DNA of 64,000 nt from a virus (lineage: Duplodnaviria; Heunggongvirae; Uroviricota; Caudoviricetes), in IMG/VR virus record IMGVR_UViG_2713896899_000007, positions 7,041-71,040 of that record; one strand, given 5' to 3'. Each line of letters begins with the position of its first letter. Within the stretch, counting starts at the first letter, position 1. Of this stretch, positions 10,498 to 20,354 are shown one piece after another. The notes below the pieces were generated by a model. It saw only the letters and a list, made by a program, of their open reading frames with translations. It ran no database searches and was not told where the DNA came from. A program made the position numbers and the translations under genes.

Positions 10498-10971
10498 TTA
10501 ACCTCTCGTAAAACCGGCTTTTCTGGCAGCCTCAAGAATCGCTTCTGAGAACTGCTTCTCGCTAATTTCCACCGCTCTTTCCAGAAAGTGTGGCCCAACA
10601 CGGGGTTTAACACCGGCAATTGGTGGGTTTGTCACGTTCTTCATTCGAGAAAGATAACCGAGTCGGTATTTACCCAGCTCCATGTACTTAGCATAGTCAC
10701 CTACTTCTACGCCCGGATGCCCCTGACGTGGTTTTGCTCCAGACACAGAAAGCTCAATACGCAGCCCTGAATAACCTTCTTTAATCACCCTGGCAAAGAT
10801 GGCTGTCTCCAGAGATCCGGTTTCCAGCGGGGCCATTGCACGGCTGAGACGCTCAACCAAACGCGCCAGCTTTTCCATGTCCCGAATAAGATATCGCTTA
10901 AATGCTTTCTGGCTGTTGTTGAGTCGATTCCCCGCACGTTTGAACTGATGCGCATCGTATTTCAGACCCAT
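10498..10971 (-). CDS. HK97 gp10-like tail completion protein
   Basis: 157 aa. Called from the family-like N-terminus and its position between the connector genes and the tail genes. Confidence 0.6.
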   Translation of the reverse strand: MGLKYDAHQFKRAGNRLNNSQKAFKRYLIRDMEKLARLVERLSRAMAPLETGSLETAIFARVIKEGYSGLRIELSVSGAKPRQGHPGVEVGDYAKYMELGKYRLGYLSRMKNVTNPPIAGVKPRVGPHFLERAVEISEKQFSEAILEAARKAGFTRG

Positions 10972-11306
10972 ATATTCGCCCCTACTTCAAGATGCCCTGG
11001 TCTTCCTCGTAGTCCCCAGCGGCGATGAACACTGGACACCTTTAATTTTTGACCTTCAAGGATCAGTACATCATCAAGTTGTACAGCCGCTCCCAAAGGG
11101 ACAACTAACACAGCATCAAACAGCTCCAGACTCGCCTTACCACGACTACCAGAGCTATCAGCACGAACTGACGATTTCTCATTACTCTGTTCGAACTTAA
11201 CCACGCCGACATTCGTCTTCCTGACGAATTGTAATTGCGCCTCACCGTAAACGTTCTTTGCGCCAAAGCGGTAGATCGCAATTTCTGTTTGCCATGAAAT
11301 ATTCAT
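10962..11306 (-). CDS. head closure / head-tail joining protein
   Basis: ATG 11306 has a GGAGAG RBS. About 114 aa. Called from synteny. Confidence 0.5.
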   Translation of the reverse strand: MNISWQTEIAIYRFGAKNVYGEAQLQFVRKTNVGVVKFEQSNEKSSVRADSSGSRGKASLELFDAVLVVPLGAAVQLDDVLILEGQKLKVSSVHRRWGLRGRPGHLEVGANIWV

Positions 11307-11385
11307 GCTCTCTCCCTGTTGTTGTCGGTCGCTCTCATTACTGGCCAAAAAACCTTTCGACCAAAAGTAAATAATGCGACTGGCG

Positions 11386-12219
11386 TTACGCACGGCGAAC
11401 AATCATACGGTTGTTGATGTAACTGACCAGCAAGCGCCAGGTACTGCGAGCCACATGCACGTTTGCAGCTTTGCCGGTACGGTACATGTTGGTTGTTTCA
11501 CCGATGGACTCTGACAAAATGCCATCTTCTCGTGCTGCGGCAACATCATTGCCATTTGCGATCTCACACGCTTCGTTGACAACGGCAAGCATCAACGCTT
11601 CTTTGAAGTAGTCAGGGAACTCTTCAAACTTCTCCTGCGTCATCTTTTCCCAATCGACTAAATCATGCCGGTACGCTCCATCTGCTCCCCACGGAATGTC
11701 ATACACATTCAGCATATTTTGAGGGCGATCGTATCGGTCAAAGTCGATACGTAGAATTTTGCGGATTGAGAACGGTAAAGTTTTAATTCGTCTGGTAGCC
11801 TCAATGAGACGCTTGCGCATTAAGCCTTCACCATCCGACAGCAAAGTGTCCCCATTCAGCATATCGATCGCCTGCATTTGAGCATCAGCGACAGTTGCAA
11901 ACGACTGTTCTGGTATCGACAGTTCAAAACTATTCAGCAGAACATACATTTGCCGCTCTTCATGCGTCAGACCCGATGCAACAGCCTTCACAATGACGTA
12001 CCGCAGATCGCGTTCTTTCTCAGAGAGCTGGTTATATTCAGCCGACACGACAACCGGAATCGACATTTGACCGCTGGTAATTTCTAGCGGCTCGCCATCA
12101 ACGAGAATAGCCCCGGTGCTGTCCTTTACTGTGTAGGTGGCAGATTCGATATCCAGCACGTTGAAGGCAAATGAAAGAGAAACAGCTTCACCGCTACGAT
12201 ACGAGTCGATCTGCGCCAT
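11386..12219 (-). CDS. putative head-tail adaptor / head completion protein
   Basis: 277 aa ORF in the head-to-tail junction block. No motif recognised. Confidence 0.45.
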   Translation of the reverse strand: MAQIDSYRSGEAVSLSFAFNVLDIESATYTVKDSTGAILVDGEPLEITSGQMSIPVVVSAEYNQLSEKERDLRYVIVKAVASGLTHEERQMYVLLNSFELSIPEQSFATVADAQMQAIDMLNGDTLLSDGEGLMRKRLIEATRRIKTLPFSIRKILRIDFDRYDRPQNMLNVYDIPWGADGAYRHDLVDWEKMTQEKFEEFPDYFKEALMLAVVNEACEIANGNDVAAAREDGILSESIGETTNMYRTGKAANVHVARSTWRLLVSYINNRMIVRRA

Positions 12220-12653
12220 TACTCACCGCCTTGTGCTTTCAGGATGCCTTCAATCATCTCGACAATTCCTTTCGCTTTGACACCAACCTGATTACCAATC
12301 ACACGTAGACCGGCAATGCCTTCATTGTCTGCAATTGACTCCAACTCTTCTCGTGTGAAAGTCTGGATCTGTTTGGCCGGTTCATCTGGTGTCCCACGTT
12401 TCATTGGCACAATGTCAGGTGCTGCTGGCTCGGTAATCAGGTCTGCGGTCAACTCGCCACGATCACTGTATGCGGCAGACGGAGAAACATTTTTGCCCTC
12501 GACTGTTGATGCTCGCATTGAGGCACAAATCCTTTGCTGATCGATAAAAGGCAACTCCGCTACGGACACCCCGTTCTCGAACTGAACGCCGCACAACATT
12601 CCCGAATAACCGGAAAATTGCGGTTCTAATAAAACAATTTTTGCTGGTTTCAT
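12219..12653 (-). CDS. hypothetical structural-module protein
   Basis: 144 aa. ATG overlaps the downstream start. Lies in the head module. Confidence 0.5.
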   Translation of the reverse strand: MKPAKIVLLEPQFSGYSGMLCGVQFENGVSVAELPFIDQQRICASMRASTVEGKNVSPSAAYSDRGELTADLITEPAAPDIVPMKRGTPDEPAKQIQTFTREELESIADNEGIAGLRVIGNQVGVKAKGIVEMIEGILKAQGGE

Positions 12654-12697
12654 AACGCATTCTCTCTACATGGGCGGCTTTCGCCGCCCAATATTGA

Positions 12698-13618
12698 TTA
12701 TTCCTTTGCAGCAGTGACTTCTACGGTCGCTGTCGCTTTGTGGCTACCATCTTGGGTAGTAACCTCGATTGTGGCAGTACCAGCCGCAACGCCAGTTACA
12801 ACACCGGTTTCGCTATCCACCGTTGCAAATTCGGTATTTTTGGATTCCCAAGTAACGGTTTTATTTGTTGCTCCTGCCGGCTCGACATTTGCGGTCAGCT
12901 GAACAGTTTTGTTTGCCTCAACGGTTGTGCTATTTGGGTCGATTTCGACGCCGGTAACAGCCACAACAGGCGCAGTTACTTCCACCGTTGCAGTTGCCTT
13001 TTTGCTGCCATCTTGGGAAACGATCTCAATCGTCGCAGTGCCAACTTCTACACCAGTAACGTTCCCGCTCTGGTCTACCGTTGCCTTATCTTCATTTTTG
13101 GAAGACCAGGTAACAGTCTTATTCGTCGCATTTGACGGCTGAACATTCGCTTTCAGACTGACTGATTTCCCTTTCTCAACAGAGGTTGAGTCTGGCGTTA
13201 CCGTTACGGATTGAACGGCTACCGGATTTACGGTGACTTCCACTGAAGCGGAAAGCTGGGTTTCCTGATCAGTTGCAGTAATTTTTACTTTGCCTGGGGC
13301 TACGCCAGTTACTAATCCAGTGCCGTTAACGGTTGCAATTTGATCATTGGCTGACTTCCAGGTGAATGAACTGGCACTCTTACCCATACTAATACCTGCA
13401 CTAAGTTGAACAGTTTTCCCAACCAAAACTGATGGTGAAGCCGGAGTTATGTTTACGGATTGGGAGAGGGGAACCGCCTGCAAACAAGCAGATAGCTGAC
13501 TTTGTTGCCGCTCGGTTAAAGGTTCATCGGAGATAGAATTGGTAAATCCGGCACGGCACATATGCCCCGTAAAATCCGAAAATGCCTCTTCCGTAATCTT
13601 CATCTTTTGTTCTGGCAT
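12698..13618 (-). CDS. Ig-like (3x Big_2) head decoration-type protein
   Basis: Three repeats of the ...V.P.S..V..GK.V.L.A.V.P..ATNKTVTW.SKN...ATVD..G.VTGV..GTATI pattern, each ending ATATVEVTA. Directly downstream of the capsid gene. Confidence 0.75.
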   Translation of the reverse strand: MPEQKMKITEEAFSDFTGHMCRAGFTNSISDEPLTERQQSQLSACLQAVPLSQSVNITPASPSVLVGKTVQLSAGISMGKSASSFTWKSANDQIATVNGTGLVTGVAPGKVKITATDQETQLSASVEVTVNPVAVQSVTVTPDSTSVEKGKSVSLKANVQPSNATNKTVTWSSKNEDKATVDQSGNVTGVEVGTATIEIVSQDGSKKATATVEVTAPVVAVTGVEIDPNSTTVEANKTVQLTANVEPAGATNKTVTWESKNTEFATVDSETGVVTGVAAGTATIEVTTQDGSHKATATVEVTAAKE

Positions 13619-13625
13619 TTCTCGC

Positions 13626-13660
13626 TCCTACAAAAAGGGTGGGCGTATAGCCCACCCTTT
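13626..13660 (-). terminator. rho-independent terminator after capsid gene
   Basis: Stem aagggtgggc/gcccaccctt followed by a T-run on the minus strand. Confidence 0.7.
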
Positions 13661-13691
13661 AACATAGATAACTACCTATCTACTACACTGA

Positions 13692-14567
13692 TTAAATTTT
13701 TACATTGGTCAGTGCAGCGATAGCCTTATCGTGCTTATTCGCCAGAGAGCAGTACCACTTCACACGGGTACGTACTGCGTCTTTGTTCTGTACAGTACCA
13801 ATGTTTTCAACAACGATACCTGCGTTGTCGCCGCCATACAGACCAGTAACGCCGTTCTCTTCTGACAGATGCAGGCAGTAGATGCTTGCTTTGCCAGCAT
13901 CGGTCGGGATGAAGTCGTTGATGATGAACGGAACGCCGTTATGACACAGCATCGGACGACCGAAGTTCTCCATCATGATTTCAGACGGACCTACGTTTAC
14001 TGTACGCAGCAGCGCACGGTAAGCACGAAGGTGCTCTGAACGCATCATGATGCAGTCAGCACCAAGATCTTTCACCGCATCGACCAGTTCGTCGAACATA
14101 GAGAAAGTCATAGATGCACCGGCGATATCGATCTTCTGATCTGCGTGCATCAGGCGTGGAATGCCGTCAAACGCTTTGTTGTTGGTGCTGGAGTCACCCA
14201 AAATCAGATTGCGACGGAACGCACGAGCCAGACCTTTAACTTTCTGACGAACCTGAATAGCCAACTGGTTATTGGTGTCGGCCATAGTGGTCGCCAGGAA
14301 TTTATCAACGTCTACGTCACCAGCCAGAATACGCAGTTTCGCAACGCATTCTTCGAAGGTTGCTGCACCTTCCGGGATGGTGTCGTTAACGTCGATGAAG
14401 GTAGCTTCACTCAGCGTTTTTTCACGGTTGTACAGATATGCCTTTGAATTAATTTTCATAAAAGGCAGGATGGCAAACAGGTCATCGCGATCAATGATAG
14501 TTTCGATCACACCCTGTTCGAGTTCGTTGTTAGACAGCTTTTCAGCTTCTTCACGCAGTAATGGCAT
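13692..14567 (-). CDS. major capsid protein
   Basis: 291 aa. Sits after the scaffold and portal genes and is followed by a strong terminator. Composition is typical of HK97-fold capsid proteins. Confidence 0.8.
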   Translation of the reverse strand: MPLLREEAEKLSNNELEQGVIETIIDRDDLFAILPFMKINSKAYLYNREKTLSEATFIDVNDTIPEGAATFEECVAKLRILAGDVDVDKFLATTMADTNNQLAIQVRQKVKGLARAFRRNLILGDSSTNNKAFDGIPRLMHADQKIDIAGASMTFSMFDELVDAVKDLGADCIMMRSEHLRAYRALLRTVNVGPSEIMMENFGRPMLCHNGVPFIINDFIPTDAGKASIYCLHLSEENGVTGLYGGDNAGIVVENIGTVQNKDAVRTRVKWYCSLANKHDKAIAALTNVKI

Positions 14568-14592
14568 CTATCAATTCCCTTTGATTTAGATG

Positions 14593-15480
14593 TTACTTAA
14601 GTCCAATTTTCCCCAGACCGGAGGCCAACTTATCCATAGTCGACTTGTTCTTCGGTTGGGATATTGTGTAGGTCGATTTGGAATGTGAGCCTACACCCTG
14701 CTTGGCTTCGCTACGCATCAATGCGTCAGCTTCCGGATCTGCCCGCACAATGCGTTCAATCGCGGATTCAAACGGCAACGGCTTACCTTCACCGTCAACC
14801 AGAACAGCTCGTTCTTTATGACCTGCCGGTTTGTCATAACCCACTACGCTACCGTCTTCACCCACTTCAAAATGAGAACCGTAGATCACGCGGGCTTTTG
14901 CCGGAGTCATCAGAACTTTGTCACGTAGGAAGAGAGAGTTACTGAAGGAAGCGCCCACGGTCATCTCGACTAATTGAGATTTCAGTGATGCGTTTTCACT
15001 TTCCAGTGCTGCATAACGTTCGTCACGCTGTGCCAGCTCTGCCTGGTGTGCTTCGATCATCTGTTTTTTAACAGCATCGAACTCACCACGACGCTCCAGT
15101 TCAGCTTGCTCCGCCTCACGACGTGCGTTTTCTGCGGCCTGTTCAGCTTCTAAAAGCTGGCGAGCACGCGCCGGATCGATATCACCGTACTGAGCAAGCT
15201 GATCGGCCAATGTGCGCTCTTTCTCTTTGCGCTTCATGTTCTCCTTCAGCAGTTCAGCACCAGCTTTCTTGGTTTTACGAAGTTCGGCCAGTAACTCTTC
15301 CTGAGTCATGCCAGCGTATTCGTCATCGCCCTTCGGCTGCTCTTTTTGTTCACCCTGTTTGTCAGGATCTTGTGTACTCTGCTCATTATCAGCAGCTACA
15401 CCGCCAGCGCCTCCACGCTCATGCGCCTCAGCGACATCCATCAGACCACGACGGGCCAAAAGCATTTGCCACAGATTCAT
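14593..15480 (-). CDS. scaffolding protein
   Basis: Highly charged coiled-coil (EQAAENARREAEQAELERRGE...) between the portal and capsid genes. Confidence 0.7.
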   Translation of the reverse strand: MNLWQMLLARRGLMDVAEAHERGGAGGVAADNEQSTQDPDKQGEQKEQPKGDDEYAGMTQEELLAELRKTKKAGAELLKENMKRKEKERTLADQLAQYGDIDPARARQLLEAEQAAENARREAEQAELERRGEFDAVKKQMIEAHQAELAQRDERYAALESENASLKSQLVEMTVGASFSNSLFLRDKVLMTPAKARVIYGSHFEVGEDGSVVGYDKPAGHKERAVLVDGEGKPLPFESAIERIVRADPEADALMRSEAKQGVGSHSKSTYTISQPKNKSTMDKLASGLGKIGLK

Positions 15481-15501
15481 AAAAATTCCTTTTGTTACTT
15501 A

Positions 15502-17076
15502 TCACTCGTTCTCTTGAGTAGATGAGTCCCCATTCCCTCGGGGTTGATCTTGCCCGCTTTCTTGGGCTGCACCACGATCATAAGTAAGTGCTGACTTATT
15601 TTCAAGGGTATTTAGATCATTTTTTGGCGGAAAATTCAAGAGATCTTTATCAAATTCCTTTTTCATCGCCTCAGTAATGTTCGGGAAAATCTTCTCAATA
15701 AGCATTTCCATCTGGTGACGACGTACAGAGTCCGGTGCCTGAAGTAATGACAGTTTCTCGGCAACAGAAAATTCATCTGTAAGGCCACGAATATCGAAAC
15801 TTTCTGGATACGCTATTAAAGAGTGGTCTTCGTCCAGATCTACCCCCATCCATTTCGCAACCAGTAGCATGATTTGGCGTTCAGCCCTTTCCAGACGCTC
15901 TGCTTTTGTGACAAGCAAGCTATTTACACGCTGGAAGTCATACATTTTTGCGGCACCAGATGAGTTATCGATTCCCTGTGCGTTGTCCTGCTTCGTTCGC
16001 TCACCAGCTACACCAACTGAATGGTAGATTTCGTTAATCACCGTCTTAATCGTAGTGATGATCATCTGAGCTTGTTTCGGGTCTGGTGACAGATAAAACG
16101 GCTGGTTTCCACCTTCAGAATCGTAGGTGAAGACTCGCTTTGTGCCCATTTCAAGCACTTTAGTGTGGTTTTCATCACCAGGTAAAAGCGACTGTACCGG
16201 TATAGCCAACTGGCTAAATGTCTGATCCTGAATAATGGCATCAAGGTTTGACAGATAGTTTGCAACCGCACGATCAAGATAAGCGATATCATCGATCAAC
16301 GATGGGCTGAAATACGGTGATTCACTTTCTCCAATACAATCAACAGGAAACACAGGAACTACGCCGAGATTATGCTCACCGCTATCCTCTAAAATAACTT
16401 TTGCCTGACGGCGACCTGCTCCACCAGCGCCCTTCTTCACTTCCTCACGGAACAGATACCACTCGTTTTGTGTCCACAGACGATAACGTTGGTATTCCTG
16501 ACCTGTAGAAGTAAAAGGATCTGCGTCATCACGAGCGACTTCCACAATTAACGCCCACAACATATTCCCGTCGTCGTCCCATGCCACATCCAGCATTTGC
16601 TGAGGTGAAATCCAGTAGGCGTAGGCGCGAGCATCTTTCTTTTTCTCGTCAGCTACTGACTCAACATCACCACTCATCGTGCTATCGACAACAACCCATA
16701 TGCGACCGTAAATAGACGACTGCAAATCAATAGCGGCCATAAATGAGTCAATAGAGGCATTCTGGCGAGTCGCACGTTTCCAGAAATTGCGGATCTGCTC
16801 TGGTGCCTCTTCGATATTTCTATGAATGTCTTCTTTAAAGAGATATTTGTTGATGAGGTTTACCACCTCACGAGTGTGGTTGAAGCGATAAGCACGCTCA
16901 ACTCGCTCCTTAAACTCCTGATCTCCCTCTTTAAAGTAACGAAAGATATTGTCTGTAAACCAACCACGCCCGCCAGCGTAAGTGCTGGCGAGGAAGTCCC
17001 AATGTTCTTTTTTCTTTTCGTATTCCGGGTGGCGTCGCGCCACCAGATCCTTAATTTGTTTGTCGTTCAATTCCAT
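15502..17076 (-). CDS. portal protein
   Basis: 524 aa, immediately downstream of the large terminase. Confidence 0.8.
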   Translation of the reverse strand: MELNDKQIKDLVARRHPEYEKKKEHWDFLASTYAGGRGWFTDNIFRYFKEGDQEFKERVERAYRFNHTREVVNLINKYLFKEDIHRNIEEAPEQIRNFWKRATRQNASIDSFMAAIDLQSSIYGRIWVVVDSTMSGDVESVADEKKKDARAYAYWISPQQMLDVAWDDDGNMLWALIVEVARDDADPFTSTGQEYQRYRLWTQNEWYLFREEVKKGAGGAGRRQAKVILEDSGEHNLGVVPVFPVDCIGESESPYFSPSLIDDIAYLDRAVANYLSNLDAIIQDQTFSQLAIPVQSLLPGDENHTKVLEMGTKRVFTYDSEGGNQPFYLSPDPKQAQMIITTIKTVINEIYHSVGVAGERTKQDNAQGIDNSSGAAKMYDFQRVNSLLVTKAERLERAERQIMLLVAKWMGVDLDEDHSLIAYPESFDIRGLTDEFSVAEKLSLLQAPDSVRRHQMEMLIEKIFPNITEAMKKEFDKDLLNFPPKNDLNTLENKSALTYDRGAAQESGQDQPRGNGDSSTQENE

Positions 17077-17102
17077 TTGAATAACCTTAGATAATTACTT
17101 AC

Positions 17103-18359
17103 CTATCTAGAACCACCAAGAATAACACGGTTTTTGACTGGATACCTACGATGTACTGGATAGCCCAATGCGTCTGCACTATGCTCAATGCCACCTGTCT
17201 TATCCATATCTCGTGTTCCAGGCTTGTAGATGACTTTTTCCAGTGAATCAATCAAATGCTTGCACTTCGGATCGATATACAACCGGATATCTCCAGATGC
17301 GGTCATCAGCATTCGGTTAACAGCATTAACACGATCCGCAATTGGCGGGTGCTTTTTCGAATAATCGACACGTAAGAATCCCTTCTCTTTGAAAATGTCG
17401 ACGTCAGACTCCCCGCGAGCATGTTGGCGATAAGCACCTGCCGGATCTGGAAATACCGTTATCTGTGATTTCCAGCGCCAGAAGCGTCTCTCAAGCTCAT
17501 CACAAACCTCTGCCGTGTTAGAGGAAAAGAGCACCAATTCATCAATTGCCCATAGCTCACCATTTGGCTGAGGTTGCAAAATTACTGAAGACATCGGGTC
17601 AATGTTGAAGTCCTGCCCTACCCATATAGGCAACCGAGGGTTGAACTGAAGCGGTTTTACATGCACGTTACGATCGAACGGGTAGTAAACGCGCCCGGAC
17701 ATGTTCTCAAAGCTCGCCAGGTACTCCTGAGCGAACGATTTCGGGTCCATATCGTTCTTAGCAGCTTCAATTTCCGCCGTAGGTACAAACGGAGAATCGG
17801 CAGTTACAAACTGCCAGCTCTTCCACTGTCCCTTTCTTTGCAGCTCTACGTTCTGGCCTATAGTCCACAGTTTGTGAAATTCCGAGAAGCCTTTTGGCGT
17901 ACCAATGATCAGTGCACCGCCGCGTGTCGATGAAAGAGTAGGTCGTAACACCTTGTACCAGGTGTCAGCCTTCATATCCTGAAATTCATCAAGCACTACA
18001 AAATGCAACGCTACGCCGCGCAGAGTGTCAGGCTTATCAGCACCTTTGAGGGCGATCTCCGAACCGTTCTTCAACACGATTGTCATCGTGGTGTCGTTCT
18101 TTTTCCTAACCCACTTACGAGGCAGAACTTCCTGTAGATCGTCCCACAAAATCTGGCGAGCCATCTGGTAAGTAGGAGCGACATACCAGACTCTTTGCTT
18201 TTTTTCCTTTGCCGCCGCACGAATAATAGTGGAGATCGACAACCGGGATTTTCCCCAGCGTCGACCAGCACAAACAACTTTAAATCGATGCGGAGACTGG
18301 AAGACTTTCATCTGTCCAGAATGCAGTTGCACAAGACTGAGCGAGGACGGGATTGCCAT
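17103..18359 (-). CDS. terminase large subunit
   Basis: Walker A GRRWGKS and Walker B HFVVLDEF, with a C-terminal nuclease-like half. ATGA overlap with the upstream gene. Confidence 0.9.
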   Translation of the reverse strand: MAIPSSLSLVQLHSGQMKVFQSPHRFKVVCAGRRWGKSRLSISTIIRAAAKEKKQRVWYVAPTYQMARQILWDDLQEVLPRKWVRKKNDTTMTIVLKNGSEIALKGADKPDTLRGVALHFVVLDEFQDMKADTWYKVLRPTLSSTRGGALIIGTPKGFSEFHKLWTIGQNVELQRKGQWKSWQFVTADSPFVPTAEIEAAKNDMDPKSFAQEYLASFENMSGRVYYPFDRNVHVKPLQFNPRLPIWVGQDFNIDPMSSVILQPQPNGELWAIDELVLFSSNTAEVCDELERRFWRWKSQITVFPDPAGAYRQHARGESDVDIFKEKGFLRVDYSKKHPPIADRVNAVNRMLMTASGDIRLYIDPKCKHLIDSLEKVIYKPGTRDMDKTGGIEHSADALGYPVHRRYPVKNRVILGGSR

Positions 18360-18991
18360 TATTCGTCCTCCCCTTCACTTCCATCATCTGTCGCATCAAA
18401 TTCGCTTAGAGCTTCTTCTTCCAACGTCTCAAGCAATTCGTCATCGATGATTTCAGGCTCGTCGTCTTCCTGACGTAATTTCGCCACCTGGGAAGGCGTA
18501 AGCTCACCAAATACCAGGTTCGGAATTTCTTCCTCGTCATTTTCAGCATGATCCATGCCCAATGCTTTGGACGAAACTTCAAAGCATTTTGCAAGGGTAT
18601 TACTGGCTCTCTGTAAGCTCTTGAGAGAATCCTCAATCGCCCCTAAAGGCTTACCATCACGTTTGGCCGTAGTGACTTCGACCATCACCATCTGCCCCAA
18701 CGCATACGCCCAGCCGTCATAACGTGTACGACGTTCTTCTATCTTTTCCGCACGGGCTTTAGCGCGAAGCTCTGCGTCAGATTTAAGAGACTCACGAACC
18801 ATCTTCCCAACAGAGTCCGCGCCTTTCTCTAATCCTCGCTTTTTGAAATGTCTGGAGAGTGTTTCACGACGAATGCCGTACTCTTCCTCCAGCTTTGAGA
18901 GTGTATATTCGCCTGACGTCCATTTGGCTTCAGCTTCGGCCCACTCCGCTGGTGTCAGGCGAGTTTTTACCTCGTCTTTTTCGACCGTCAT
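18359..18991 (-). CDS. terminase small subunit (HTH, acidic tail)
   Basis: N-terminal HTH-like YTLSKLEEEYGIRRETLSRHFKKRG and an acidic C-terminus. Translationally coupled to TerL. Confidence 0.65.
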   Translation of the reverse strand: MTVEKDEVKTRLTPAEWAEAEAKWTSGEYTLSKLEEEYGIRRETLSRHFKKRGLEKGADSVGKMVRESLKSDAELRAKARAEKIEERRTRYDGWAYALGQMVMVEVTTAKRDGKPLGAIEDSLKSLQRASNTLAKCFEVSSKALGMDHAENDEEEIPNLVFGELTPSQVAKLRQEDDEPEIIDDELLETLEEEALSEFDATDDGSEGEDE

Positions 18992-19086
18992 AGATCCCTC
19001 TAAAACACACAGAGCGCGTCCATGCGCTCTAAAACAACTTGTTTACTGCGTATGCTAACCAACTTGTTTTCTGGGGTGTTTAATTA

Positions 19087-19185
19087 GGTCTGGGCATGTC
19101 TTACTAAGCCTGCTTCCGTATATATTTAATAAGTTACTTATTATTTATATATACGGAAGCAGGTCTTTAAATAAGCTCCCAGACC
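19087..19185. repeat. nested inverted repeat (17-bp perfect arms inside 8-bp outer arms)
   Basis: cctgcttccgtatatat (19109-19125) pairs with atatatacggaagcagg (19147-19163). Outer arms are ggtctggg (19088-19095) and cccagacc (19178-19185). A second copy lies at 50158-50210. Confidence 0.85.
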
Positions 19186-19187
19186 GA

Positions 19188-19454
19188 TTACATCACCAGT
19201 AACTTCGCTTTGGCTCGACCTAAAGTGGTTAACCCAAGAGTCCGGCGGTGATAGCGATTGTCACTGCGTTGGCGCGTATGCCCTTTCTCCACCAGCCCCT
19301 TTTTTATCAGAGCGCGAATTGAGAACTGAATACTTTGCTTGGTTGTCTTGTACGGCAAAACTTCAAGCAATTCGTCCAGATCAAGTAGATGACCTCGCTC
19401 ATAACCGAGATTGAGCGTTTTGATGATGTCCTTTTGTTTATCGGTTAACGTCAT
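19188..19454 (-). CDS. small winged-helix-like DNA-binding protein
   Basis: 88 aa. TTKQSIQFSIRALIKKGLVEK resembles an HTH-wing. Last gene of the ParB operon. Confidence 0.5.
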   Translation of the reverse strand: MTLTDKQKDIIKTLNLGYERGHLLDLDELLEVLPYKTTKQSIQFSIRALIKKGLVEKGHTRQRSDNRYHRRTLGLTTLGRAKAKLLVM

Positions 19455-19463
19455 GGCAAATCC

Positions 19464-20354
19464 TTATGCCGGTAAAGCAATTTCTAACGGTTTATCCAAA
19501 GGTTGTTTGTCGAATGCCAGCAGTGGCAGCGTGTCAGGCAGTCGACGACCAAAGTCAGGGTTTCGATACACACCATACAACGGAGACGTAAAGCTCAGGT
19601 TGTGAATGTCCTTGAGCAGCTTCACAATGCTGGCCTCGTCCACCAGACTGTCGGCAATGTCCTGAATCGTCGTGCCACGATTCCGCCCAGCTTTTGCCAG
19701 GGAACTGTTCTTGTGGTAGTCCGCCACCAGATCACGCAGTGCACGGCGACGACGAGACTCGCTCATTGCGAACAACTCTTTGACGATCGCCTCGTTATCA
19801 CCCGGGTCAGAACGGAAATGGCGCTGGAATACACGCAGTGCACTTTCATAGCTCTTCGGTCGCTCAGGGCGGATGAACTTAAACCCCGCTTTCATGGCGA
19901 AGGGATTGTATTTGCTCATCGAGGACTGGATCTCAATGATTGGCCGGTCATGCATCCTGCTAACCAGGTTAATCATTCGATAAGAGACGCCTACGCCACG
20001 ATACTGAGTATCCACAACTGAGCGACTGATCACCGCAAAGTTGTTATTCACGTACCGACCCCAGTACTGGTTAGCCACGGTGGTATTAGTGGTTGGTTTC
20101 AACTTAGGAAACATGCGGTGGCGAGGTGCCAACAGTAGTTTCGGGTAAGCCATAACCACGACGCCCACCAGACGGTCATCAAGTTCGCAGCGATAGTAAG
20201 TTGGCGCGAAAGGTTTGCCGTCTGTTTTGTAGTGAAGCGACTTAAGAGCGTGCCAGTCCTCTACAGTTCCCTTTGTAACAGTCATTCGCTCCAGAAAGTC
20301 CAGATGACGCGGAAACTCTTCAGGGCGGTAGCGTTTAATGATGATGTCCGTCAT
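19464..20354 (-). CDS. GNAT-like acetyltransferase-domain protein
   Basis: VVDTQYRGVGVSYRMI fits the GNAT Q/RxxGxG/A acetyl-CoA loop. 296 aa. ATGA-coupled to the upstream ATPase. Confidence 0.5.
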   Translation of the reverse strand: MTDIIIKRYRPEEFPRHLDFLERMTVTKGTVEDWHALKSLHYKTDGKPFAPTYYRCELDDRLVGVVVMAYPKLLLAPRHRMFPKLKPTTNTTVANQYWGRYVNNNFAVISRSVVDTQYRGVGVSYRMINLVSRMHDRPIIEIQSSMSKYNPFAMKAGFKFIRPERPKSYESALRVFQRHFRSDPGDNEAIVKELFAMSESRRRRALRDLVADYHKNSSLAKAGRNRGTTIQDIADSLVDEASIVKLLKDIHNLSFTSPLYGVYRNPDFGRRLPDTLPLLAFDKQPLDKPLEIALPA

